IMG/VR virus record: IMGVR_UViG_3300048783_000025
Span: 1-44,491 of that record
Reading direction: 5' to 3' (one strand)
Source: a virus
Lineage: Duplodnaviria; Caudoviricetes
Length of the DNA: 44,491 nucleotides
A program made the translations under genes and the position numbers. This document shows, in pieces, positions 28,042 through 35,813 of this stretch. The notes under the pieces are model-generated. The model worked only from the letters and a program-made list of their open reading frames with translations, did not search any database and was not told the origin of the DNA. Within the stretch, counting starts at the first letter, position 1. Every line of letters begins with the position of its first letter.

Positions 28042-28224
28042 ACCTACCAGGTTAACATACAGTTCTGGCCTCCGCCTAGTGTCTTCCTCACCTAGTCCGA
28101 AAACTAGATCACCAGGCGGAGGCCAGCTCCGTACGTTTAACGGCCGCCGCCAGAACTCGCCCCGCTCCTTGACACCCGCCGAGCTCAATGGGATTTATTC
28201 AGGTTACTACGGTCGTTAGTTCTG

Positions 28225-28291
28225 TGGAAAGGGGAGGATTTGAACCTCCGACTGGGTGCGACCCTGCTCTACCGAACTGAGCTACCTTCCC
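28225..28291 (-). ncRNA. tRNA-like RNA A (Ala identity, shrunken anticodon arm)
   Basis: GGGAAGG/CCTTTCC-A acceptor, GCTC/GAGC D stem, GGAGG-TTCAAAT-CCTCC T arm; anticodon arm only GGG-TCGCA-CCC. Confidence 0.8.
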
Positions 28292-28402
28292 TAACGGCAC
28301 GTGCGCCGAAGCGCTCCCAACCACTGGATTAAGAGTCCTAGCGGTCCCTCGTGCCGGGCGCCGATCGGTGGCTTATGAGGGGTTCCGCCGAACGGGTGAC
28401 CG

Positions 28403-28498
28403 TGGAAAGAAGAGGATTCGGACCTCTGCCTCTCAACATTGACGCCAGCGCTCAGGACGCTATTGGTGTTGAGGCTCTGCCTATTGAGCTATCTTCCC
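28403..28498 (-). ncRNA. tRNA-like RNA B (Ala identity, extended anticodon arm)
   Basis: GGGAAGA/TCTTTCC-A acceptor, GCTC/GAGC D stem, AGAGG-TCCGAAT-CCTCT T arm; 42-nt hairpin CTCAACA...TGTTGAG in place of the anticodon arm. Confidence 0.75.
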
Positions 28499-28632
28499 AA
28501 AACGGAAGGTCGCGATATCGGGTGATCAGCCCTAGTCAGTGGACCTTCCGTGCAGTCTCTGGGTCTCCACGCCCACCGTTATCCGCTCGGTCGAGAGGTG
28601 TCATTGCGCTTAGCTCCTTGACTACGATTGTT

Positions 28633-28662
28633 ATCTTACCAGTAGGTTTTATACCTGCGCAA
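28633..28662 (-). promoter_or_regulatory. SigA-like promoter for the ncRNA cluster
   Basis: TTGCGC, 18-nt spacer, TAAGAT with TG extension. Confidence 0.65.
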
Positions 28663-28664
28663 TA

Positions 28665-29435
28665 CTACGCCACCCACTGGTATCCGTTGACCGCGTTGGC
28701 CAGCATCTCGCAAAACCCCTCTTCAACGTACGCGGTCGTGTGCCGCGTCCCGAGGTAGTTCGCGATGGCCTCGATGGCCCCTCCCCAGTCCTTCCAGTGT
28801 TCAGGTAGCCACCAGGGCTGTGCCTGCCCGGAGAGGGCCTTCTGGATAATCGAAAGACCCCATCGGGTCGCGTCCTCGGGAGTGCTCAGGGCAAAGAAGT
28901 CCGAAAAGTCCGCGATGCTGCGGGCTGGGTTGCCTGGCCGCATGACCGTGATAGGGTCTCGCGGAGCAGCCACCCAGAACGCCTTGCGGGCTGTGATGTC
29001 CCGGCTGCCCTTGATCCCGTAGCTCGACTGACCGGGGTCGGGGTTCAAACCGAGATACCGGTTCGTTGGCCGCTGTGGATCCGCGATGAACGCACCCCCA
29101 CGACAACGGTGCTGAATTTCAACTAGATCGTCAGCCATCACCCGGCCTGGAACCGAAACCCAGCCCAGAATCTCGGCCAGCAAATCCCCCGCAATATCCG
29201 CGCCCTGTGAATACCCGCCAATAATGAACGGGTTTTGTGAATTGCGGATCTGGACGAGTGCGTTATCGCGGCCTTCGATCCGAGAATCGTGATACGACCC
29301 TGGATTCCCGTAGCTGGCCTGGTATTGAATCGGCAAAACCTGAAACCCACCGTTCAGCTTGTCCAGGAATTGCATGGACACGCTCTCCGGAACCATGTTC
29401 TCGGTGGTACCCCGAAGCCAGATTACGTCGATCAT
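28665..29435 (-). CDS. Cutinase-like serine esterase (Lysin B-like)
   Basis: RGT oxyanion motif, GYSQGA nucleophile elbow, IADP, RDP and HTTAY. Confidence 0.85.
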   Translation of the reverse strand: MIDVIWLRGTTENMVPESVSMQFLDKLNGGFQVLPIQYQASYGNPGSYHDSRIEGRDNALVQIRNSQNPFIIGGYSQGADIAGDLLAEILGWVSVPGRVMADDLVEIQHRCRGGAFIADPQRPTNRYLGLNPDPGQSSYGIKGSRDITARKAFWVAAPRDPITVMRPGNPARSIADFSDFFALSTPEDATRWGLSIIQKALSGQAQPWWLPEHWKDWGGAIEAIANYLGTRHTTAYVEEGFCEMLANAVNGYQWVA

Positions 29436-29444
29436 TAATTCTCC

Positions 29445-31196
29445 TTAGCGAGTTGGTGGGCCGTTGCGTGGGACGTTTGATGCGGGCTGGCCACCGTTGG
29501 CAGCGGCATTCAGAGCCGGTGGCTGCTGGCCATTGGGCGGCGCGTTCTGCGCGTCAAATCCAGGTGGTGTATCCGCCGGAGGTGTGACTCCTTCGGCCCC
29601 AATCGCAAACGGATCAACGGGGGCACTGGCCGAAGTTTCACCTTCGATGCGTTCGATTTCTTCGTCCACTCGATCTTCGTCCCAGTCGGCGTGCAAATAC
29701 CGGACTTTGGTTTCGAGCGAAACCGCCTTGGCCGCATCCCAAGCCTGGACAGTCTGAGCGCGAACCAGATCCGTGTCTTTAACAGCAGGCGGCCACGTGA
29801 TCTCGATGTCCTCGTTTTTCGGGGCTTGTTCACCGAACTGCTGGGCATCGATCTGCAACAAACGCGGGACCATCTTCTCAAAGAACGCGCGCCAGTATCG
29901 CGACTTCGCCTTGCGCGTCTGGAACGACGCCGCTGCCTTGGCCTCGACCTCGGTCGCGGTCATCGCGCCACCATCGTCCCCGTACCCAAACGTGAACGGT
30001 GAATAGCCCGCTTTCCGGATGGCTTTGTGGCTGAGATCGTCACCAATCCGGATGTGCTCGTCCACTCGGATCGCGAATTGGTGAGCCTGCATCAAAGGCG
30101 CGTTGGGGTCACCGCTCAACTGCTCGTAGACTTCGCGGTCGAGATTCATTGAGGTTCCCTTACCCGGCCCGCGATCATCCAGCAACATTCCCGAGACGAC
30201 CAAGCGGGCCTTGGCCAGACGCACGTCTCGCATCAACGAGGTGTACGTCTCATCTAGCGAGTCCAACAGCCCTAGCACATCAGGTGTGAGGTCCGGTCGG
30301 CCAAGTTCCCGAAGATCCGGCACGTTACGCCACTGCGGGTTAAACGGCGCATTCGGAATATAGTCGACGGCTAGCTTGTTGTCGAGTCCCGTGGGAATCT
30401 CGTTACCGTTCAGCAACTGGGGTATCAGCCGCTCGGTCGAGGGGTGTTCAGTCAGCGGAACGATCTGTCCGAGACGGTCTTTTTCCCCTCGGTAGAGACC
30501 ATGTAGGACCTTGCCCGGCTCATGCCTTTCGAGGTGCCTCAGCCAACCCCCTTTTTCGTCTTCCGCAGATAGTACGGTGAAGAATGTGACTGCTACCAAT
30601 TGTCCCCATCGAAACTCGGGTACAGCACGGTCTGCGTCAATAAAGTCGAACCATGCCCAGTCCTTTATTTCCTTGTCGACGACGATCCTGCCGTAAACCC
30701 CTCCGAAGGCACTCTGCAACTGCCCTGCGACTAGCAACGAAGAATGTACTTCGTCGTTGTTAAGAACCCTATCGAGGCGAGAGGAGGTTTTCGAACTCTC
30801 ACTATTTTTCGTTGAGGTCGAGCCATCTTCCGCGACTACTTTTTTGCCGGGGAAAGCGAATGATAGCGGCTCCCCGAAAAGCAATGTCGAGCTGGTCTCG
30901 ATAATATCGCTCGCCAACGGCAAATGCAGTCGTTTTTGCTGGCTCCCAGCCAGTGGAGGATCGCCCCAGAATTTACGAGCAACCCACCCAGTAAACCCGC
31001 CGTTGTACTGCCAGGCTTTGACCACCGGCCCTGAAACCTGGCCCAAATTGTGGCCCCGATAAAACCCGTCGAGGGCTTCCGGCGTGCCAGTCCACCAAGC
31101 CTGGATCTCGTTAAACGTGTCGTCGGCCATCCCCCCGAAAGGCTTTGGCGGCCAGCACTCGTTGAGTTGCTTACCCTCGGGTAACGGCATCGACAA
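29445..31196 (-). CDS. Portal protein (SPP1/A118-like)
   Basis: After TerL; LHLPLASDI..LLFGE, LDETYTS, TATEV and EEIERI motifs; start may be 31190. Confidence 0.9.
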   Translation of the reverse strand: MSMPLPEGKQLNECWPPKPFGGMADDTFNEIQAWWTGTPEALDGFYRGHNLGQVSGPVVKAWQYNGGFTGWVARKFWGDPPLAGSQQKRLHLPLASDIIETSSTLLFGEPLSFAFPGKKVVAEDGSTSTKNSESSKTSSRLDRVLNNDEVHSSLLVAGQLQSAFGGVYGRIVVDKEIKDWAWFDFIDADRAVPEFRWGQLVAVTFFTVLSAEDEKGGWLRHLERHEPGKVLHGLYRGEKDRLGQIVPLTEHPSTERLIPQLLNGNEIPTGLDNKLAVDYIPNAPFNPQWRNVPDLRELGRPDLTPDVLGLLDSLDETYTSLMRDVRLAKARLVVSGMLLDDRGPGKGTSMNLDREVYEQLSGDPNAPLMQAHQFAIRVDEHIRIGDDLSHKAIRKAGYSPFTFGYGDDGGAMTATEVEAKAAASFQTRKAKSRYWRAFFEKMVPRLLQIDAQQFGEQAPKNEDIEITWPPAVKDTDLVRAQTVQAWDAAKAVSLETKVRYLHADWDEDRVDEEIERIEGETSASAPVDPFAIGAEGVTPPADTPPGFDAQNAPPNGQQPPALNAAANGGQPASNVPRNGPPTR

Positions 31197-32502
31197 TCGC
31201 CTCCATCATGATACGTGGTGCTTTCTGCACCTGGTCAAGGTTGGGAATCCACGGGCGCCACACCGGCTGAGCTGACAAAATAGCGTAGCGTAGCGCGTCG
31301 CACGCGTGGTCGTCTTCCTTTTTCGGCTGGTCCGCGCCTTTATCGCTCTTCTTCTTGTCCCAGACGTAGCCGGGGAGCTCGTCGCGGAGCATCGTGCAGC
31401 GGTCCGATATCCGCAATTGATCCGTCGCGAGCAACGAAGACACCAGGAGGATTCCATCGGTGACTTCATTCTTAGCATTGTACCCGTTTGTGATGCCGTC
31501 AACCAAGAGCTGGGATTTGAACGCGCCCGCCGCAGGATCGATAAACAAATAAGGCACTTCGGCGTAGGTCTGCCTAGCATCCGGTCCCCACGTCCCGCGA
31601 GCTAGCCATTCGCGTAGCCCCTTCGTGCGCTCGGACGGCGCGCCACGGGGGGGTCGCCACTCGTCTAGGGCGTAGAGCTTCGAGTCCGTCCCGATCCCAA
31701 GGAGGATACCGACCGTGGGATTGGTGTCGCCGTAGTCAATCCCCATGCTGATCAGCCGGATGATTTCGGGGATGTCGCCGTGCCGAACGACGTACCGGTC
31801 TTCTTCCCACGTCTCGTAGATGGACCCTTCGGCCGCCACCCACAGGCCATCGATAAATCGTTTACGCCATAGGCCGGTGTACTGGGCTTCGAGCTGCTCG
31901 ATGTAGCCAGGAGGCAGGTTTTCCGCATTGTCGCGCAGATCAAAATGGAAGGTGCGATGCCCAAGATCTGGCCGGTCGATATAGTTCTTCTTCACCCAGT
32001 GCTTAGAATGGTCCGGGTTGGTGGTCGCACCGATCCAGGCGTTAGCCACCGAATGCCGGGAAACGATCATGTTGAACGTCTCTTCATCGAACAGCGTCAG
32101 CTCGTCGCATAGGCTCTTGCGTAGTGTCAAACCACGGATCACGTTCTCCGCGAGCACGTTTGAAGTTCCAATGACGTGAACGGTTTTACCGAAGATCTGT
32201 GCCGTGGGGGCACCCGCGTTGTACCGAATAAATTGGCTGGCCAAACCAAACATCCGAGGGTTCATCATTGGCGCCAGGATGTTCCGGCCAATGGTTTCGC
32301 GGGTACGGCCAAAAATGGCGTATTCTCCATCCCCGCCGGGGTCGCACGCCACCTCCTTGATGTAGCACAAATTGGCGCCGACAGTTTTTCCGGAACGGAC
32401 CGCGCCCTCGGAGAGGTTAATCGAAGGAGCCTCGGCGGTGGATTGGCCCATCTGGATTGCTTGTTTGCGCGAAATCGACAGATTATCGAGGTCAAACGTC
32501 AT
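31171..32502 (-). CDS. Terminase large subunit (PBSX-like)
   Basis: GAVRSGKT, CDE, TTNP, GIDYG, IDPAA and DDHACDALRY motifs. Confidence 0.95.
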   Translation of the reverse strand: MTFDLDNLSISRKQAIQMGQSTAEAPSINLSEGAVRSGKTVGANLCYIKEVACDPGGDGEYAIFGRTRETIGRNILAPMMNPRMFGLASQFIRYNAGAPTAQIFGKTVHVIGTSNVLAENVIRGLTLRKSLCDELTLFDEETFNMIVSRHSVANAWIGATTNPDHSKHWVKKNYIDRPDLGHRTFHFDLRDNAENLPPGYIEQLEAQYTGLWRKRFIDGLWVAAEGSIYETWEEDRYVVRHGDIPEIIRLISMGIDYGDTNPTVGILLGIGTDSKLYALDEWRPPRGAPSERTKGLREWLARGTWGPDARQTYAEVPYLFIDPAAGAFKSQLLVDGITNGYNAKNEVTDGILLVSSLLATDQLRISDRCTMLRDELPGYVWDKKKSDKGADQPKKEDDHACDALRYAILSAQPVWRPWIPNLDQVQKAPRIMMEAIVDAVTRG

Positions 32503-33010
32503 CGTCGGCCTCCGGGTCGGTGTTCTCTTTCAGCTTCTCGAACAGCTGGCCCAGCATCGAAGCCACGATATCGCGGCCCTGCGCTTCACCCAGCACCGAA
32601 AGGTTCGTGTGGGATTTCACGAGACTGTCCACGGCCTTGGTGAAATCCGCTACTGCCTTAGCGTCAGGGAGCTCCAGCTCAATAGTATCGAGACCTTCTC
32701 GGGTTACCGCTACTACGTCGTAGGTTTCCCAGATTCGCTCGCGGAGGGCAATTGCGTCGGCCAGCAACGCGGCGGACAGTGCGGTCCGAAGCGTAGCCAC
32801 TTTTTGGCGTTCACGGTCGGCCATCGCTTGCATGCCGGGGTTGTTTCCCGACCAGAGCAGTCCCAGCCGTTTACCAATCCGGCTCGCGTGTGCGAGCGAT
32901 AGATCGAATTGTTCCGCGCACCAGGTTAGGGTTTTACCTTCGGCATTCCAGGCCCGGAATTGAGCTTCCTGGTCTGGGGGAAGTACATACTTCGCCTGCC
33001 GCTCGCGCAT
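32492..33010 (-). CDS. Terminase small subunit candidate (N-terminal HTH)
   Basis: Overlaps the TerL start; HTH-like GKTLTWCAEQFDLSLAHASRIGKRLGL. Confidence 0.65.
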   Translation of the reverse strand: MRERQAKYVLPPDQEAQFRAWNAEGKTLTWCAEQFDLSLAHASRIGKRLGLLWSGNNPGMQAMADRERQKVATLRTALSAALLADAIALRERIWETYDVVAVTREGLDTIELELPDAKAVADFTKAVDSLVKSHTNLSVLGEAQGRDIVASMLGQLFEKLKENTDPEADDDV

Positions 33011-33282
33011 TAGACTGCCCGTCGAACAGTGCCTTCGGCCACCAGGGTGACGTTACCGAGAGACGTGAAAGTTTCAATCTTGGCGTATGCCCCGTCTGGC
33101 AAACCGCGTGTTTGGACCTGAGCGAGCCTCCAGCCCTGAAAATCGGCCCGCGACTTGCCGGGAAACGCTCGCGCGTTCTCCTCGTCAATCTGGACATACA
33201 GACTCATCAATGTGCCGAGAGGTACTGGGTATTCCAGTACGGCGGGGCCTTCGCCCGGAATGTCTAGAAAGAACGTGTCCAT
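33010..33282 (-). CDS. Hypothetical protein
   Basis: ATG 7 nt after TGGTAGGAT (33290-33298). Confidence 0.65.
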   Translation of the reverse strand: MDTFFLDIPGEGPAVLEYPVPLGTLMSLYVQIDEENARAFPGKSRADFQGWRLAQVQTRGLPDGAYAKIETFTSLGNVTLVAEGTVRRAV

Positions 33283-33305
33283 TTACCTAATCCTACCATA
33301 GTAAA

Positions 33306-33338
33306 AGGCGGTACCCCTGCTTTCCAAGGATACCGCCT
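33306..33338 (-). terminator. Intrinsic terminator
   Basis: AGGCGGTATCC / GGGTACCGCCT stem followed by a T run on minus. Confidence 0.7.
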
Positions 33339-33358
33339 CGAACGTTTGAAACCAAGGA

Positions 33359-33766
33359 CTATTCCGCTAACGCTTGCTTCTGGAAGTATTTTTCGATCTC
33401 CGGAATGGAGTCAAGGTCGTAAGCCCGGTAGTGCCGACGCACGGTGTGGTAGGCGTACTTTGGAGGCAAATGTTTCGAGTCCGTGCGCCAAGCCCTATAG
33501 TGCTTCTCGGCCCGGTCCCACTGGTCCTGCTCGACCTTGAGGCTCGCGGCGAGCTCCTCCTCGGTCTTGGCCCGAACCACTTTAAACAACTGGCCATCAA
33601 CCACGATGATCGCTGTACCCTCGGCTTGAGCGTTCTCCGCCGCGTGGAGCAAATCAGCGGCGAATCCTGGCCATTTGATGGCTTCGGCCAAATTAACCGA
33701 TACGATCTCGATTGGCCCCTGCTTGAAGTCGGGCAGGTCATCTACGGTTTTCGGACGGCCGGTCAT
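33359..33766 (-). CDS. Hypothetical protein
   Basis: 135 aa, ATGA-coupled. Confidence 0.65.
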   Translation of the reverse strand: MTGRPKTVDDLPDFKQGPIEIVSVNLAEAIKWPGFAADLLHAAENAQAEGTAIIVVDGQLFKVVRAKTEEELAASLKVEQDQWDRAEKHYRAWRTDSKHLPPKYAYHTVRRHYRAYDLDSIPEIEKYFQKQALAE

Positions 33767-34107
33767 TTCGCGGAGCCCGTCTCGATTAGGAGGCCGAACG
33801 CGGGCTTGCCGTCGAGGCCAACCGGAACGCGGAGAACTGGCCCACCGAATCCCGGAACCAGCGGATTCGGAACCAGCTGCGGGCGATCAAACGAACCCCA
33901 GCAGAACCGGACTTTATTGTCGCAGTGCCGCATTTCCAGCGTCTTGAGCGTGCTGGTTGACTGAATCAGCTCGGGGGTGTGCTGGTAGAACGGAAGCGCC
34001 GGATTCGGCCGGGCGTCTGCGACCGGAACGGCCAGCAGAATCGGCAGTACCCCCAGTCCCGCGACGATTAGGGCTTTCTTCATGAGGCTAACTCTCCAAT
34101 TGGTCAT
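33763..34107 (-). CDS. Hypothetical secreted protein
   Basis: Signal peptide-like MKKALIV...ADA; ATG 6 nt after TGGTAACCT. Confidence 0.6.
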   Translation of the reverse strand: MTNWRVSLMKKALIVAGLGVLPILLAVPVADARPNPALPFYQHTPELIQSTSTLKTLEMRHCDNKVRFCWGSFDRPQLVPNPLVPGFGGPVLRVPVGLDGKPAFGLLIETGSAK

Positions 34108-34144
34108 GTTACTAGGTTACCAGATTACTAGCCCCTAACGCAAG

Positions 34145-34627
34145 TTATGCGCCTGAGCTACCGAACCCGTTATTACCACGCGGGTGGTCAGCTAATTCTT
34201 CGCAAATTTCGATCAGTACCTTCTCGGTAACATTTGGGAACAAAATCAGCTGCGCTACCCTCTCTCCGACCTCCAGTATCTGCGTGGTCCGGCCCAGATT
34301 CCAGACACCGGAGAACAGCGGCCCACGATAGCCCGCGTCAATCACACCTGGATTGACCATGAGGCCGCGTTTTCGGAGCGTAGACGACCGGCCCTGGATC
34401 ATACCCCAGATGTGTTTCGGGAACTCCGCGCTGACTCCGGACTTCACGTCCACGAACTCGCCGGGCGAGATCACGGCCCGCTCGGAGACAAACAGGTCAA
34501 AACCCGCGTCATCCGCGTAGGCCCGCGTTGGTTTGAAATCCCGGTGTTCGAGTTTGACTCGGAGAACCACCCCCATCCGGACCGAAACCGTGTCCGGCAC
34601 GAACGTCGCTGCTATTTCATTACCCAT
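34145..34627 (-). CDS. dut: Trimeric dUTPase-fold dNTP pyrophosphatase
   Basis: Motifs AGFDL, GRSS, GVIDAGYRG, ERVAQL and RGNNGFGSSG; start may be internal. Confidence 0.88.
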   Translation of the reverse strand: MGNEIAATFVPDTVSVRMGVVLRVKLEHRDFKPTRAYADDAGFDLFVSERAVISPGEFVDVKSGVSAEFPKHIWGMIQGRSSTLRKRGLMVNPGVIDAGYRGPLFSGVWNLGRTTQILEVGERVAQLILFPNVTEKVLIEICEELADHPRGNNGFGSSGA

Positions 34628-35016
34628 TCGACTGCTTCCGATCCCTGGTCAAGTGTGAACATCTGGAGGTGGTTCTGCGAAACGTCTTCGAGCCAGCTAA
34701 GAACCCAGCTACCCTCGATGTCAGTCATCAACGCTACGCGCTTGCCCGCCTGGAGCGCAATAAGCACTTCAATCGGCAGACCAATGGACATCAGCGCACC
34801 CGGCCACAGGGCGAGCATTCCATCTGAAACTTGGAGTACTGCTAGGTTGCCTTTCTGTAGTGCTGGACGGGGAGTCTTATCGTGCGACCAGGCCAGCGAG
34901 GGGCGATACACCACTGCTCCGGCAAAGATCAGCTGATCGATGGTGCTGTCGTACAGCGAATTAAAACCCTGCTCGGTGTCGTGGTCTATTGGGTGGGCAA
35001 AATATATGCCGGTCAT
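34612..35016 (-). CDS. Nucleoside 2-deoxyribosyltransferase / nucleotide N-glycosidase-like protein
   Basis: IYFAHP, YRP, NLAVLQVSDG and SIGLPIE..A...GKRV pattern of the NDT superfamily. Confidence 0.7.
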   Translation of the reverse strand: MTGIYFAHPIDHDTEQGFNSLYDSTIDQLIFAGAVVYRPSLAWSHDKTPRPALQKGNLAVLQVSDGMLALWPGALMSIGLPIEVLIALQAGKRVALMTDIEGSWVLSWLEDVSQNHLQMFTLDQGSEAVEWVMK

Positions 35017-35084
35017 TTAGTCGCTCCAGATCGCAAGCAGCAATAAAGTATTGACCAGAGTTAGGACCGTAATCGCCCAGATCA

Positions 35085-35813
35085 TCACGTCCATTCGCCG
35101 GTCTCCCTGACTTTGCGGGCCATCAAGCTATAAATGGTCAAGTCCTTTAATGTATCGTCTGATACTTTCTCGCCCCGCTGGAGGGCCGCCGTCCACCGGC
35201 CCAGCTTCCCGGCCATGTAGGCGAAGATTGCCCACTCCAGGGCCTCCGCGTCAGTTACTTTGCGGCCCGCGACCCGAGCTAACGTCCGGCCGTAATCGAT
35301 CATCGACTGCGAGCCATACTCCACAGCCTTAGGAACCGTTTCTTCGAGGTCCTGCTCCGAAGTGGTTTCCCACCAGGCCCGTAAATCCGACTCGACAGTT
35401 GCCGGTGTAGGCACGAGCAGATGTTCGATGTTTTCGACCGTCTCCGCGACCGGAACCATTTCACGCTCGATAATTGCGCGAATAATAGGGAAAAACGCGT
35501 TGTGGTCGTTGTGTACCAACACTACATACCCCATTTGGGGGTTTTTAGTGTTGACCGCCAATTCTGTACCAAGGTGCCATTCTTTGGAGCCGGTATAGTT
35601 TTCCGGAAGCCCCACTTTGAGAGGCAAAACGTTTCGGGAAACGTCGTGTTCCCAACCTTTCGGGGCGAGCGGAGCGTGGGTCCTGCGATCATGCACCAGC
35701 AAATCGATCCTCGCCGTTTCAAGATGCGTTTTGCGTCCCCCGACCCAACCGCACTGCAGTACTTCACAAATCCCGGTATACCCGTTGTCAGTGCTTTTGA
35801 TGCTCATAACCAC
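35085..35813 (-). CDS. All-alpha NTP pyrophosphatase-like (DUF1599/Nmad1-like) protein with N-terminal Cys/His domain
   Basis: KAVEYG...GKLGR...DDTLKDLTIY pattern; overlaps the purZ stop. Confidence 0.55.
   Translation of the reverse strand: MVMSIKSTDNGYTGICEVLQCGWVGGRKTHLETARIDLLVHDRRTHAPLAPKGWEHDVSRNVLPLKVGLPENYTGSKEWHLGTELAVNTKNPQMGYVVLVHNDHNAFFPIIRAIIEREMVPVAETVENIEHLLVPTPATVESDLRAWWETTSEQDLEETVPKAVEYGSQSMIDYGRTLARVAGRKVTDAEALEWAIFAYMAGKLGRWTAALQRGEKVSDDTLKDLTIYSLMARKVRETGEWT

Noticed and set aside
28428-28473. Self-splicing intron in tRNA-like RNA B
   Set aside because: The extra sequence is far too short for a group I or II intron, and no clean canonical arm results from removing it
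28225-28498. tmRNA or ordinary tRNA-Ala genes
   Set aside because: D stems are intact and there is no internal tag reading frame, unlike tmRNA; the anticodon arms are non-canonical, unlike tRNA
28351-28758. 135-aa plus-strand ORF
   Set aside because: Antisense to the ncRNA cluster and the esterase end; no RBS or recognisable motif
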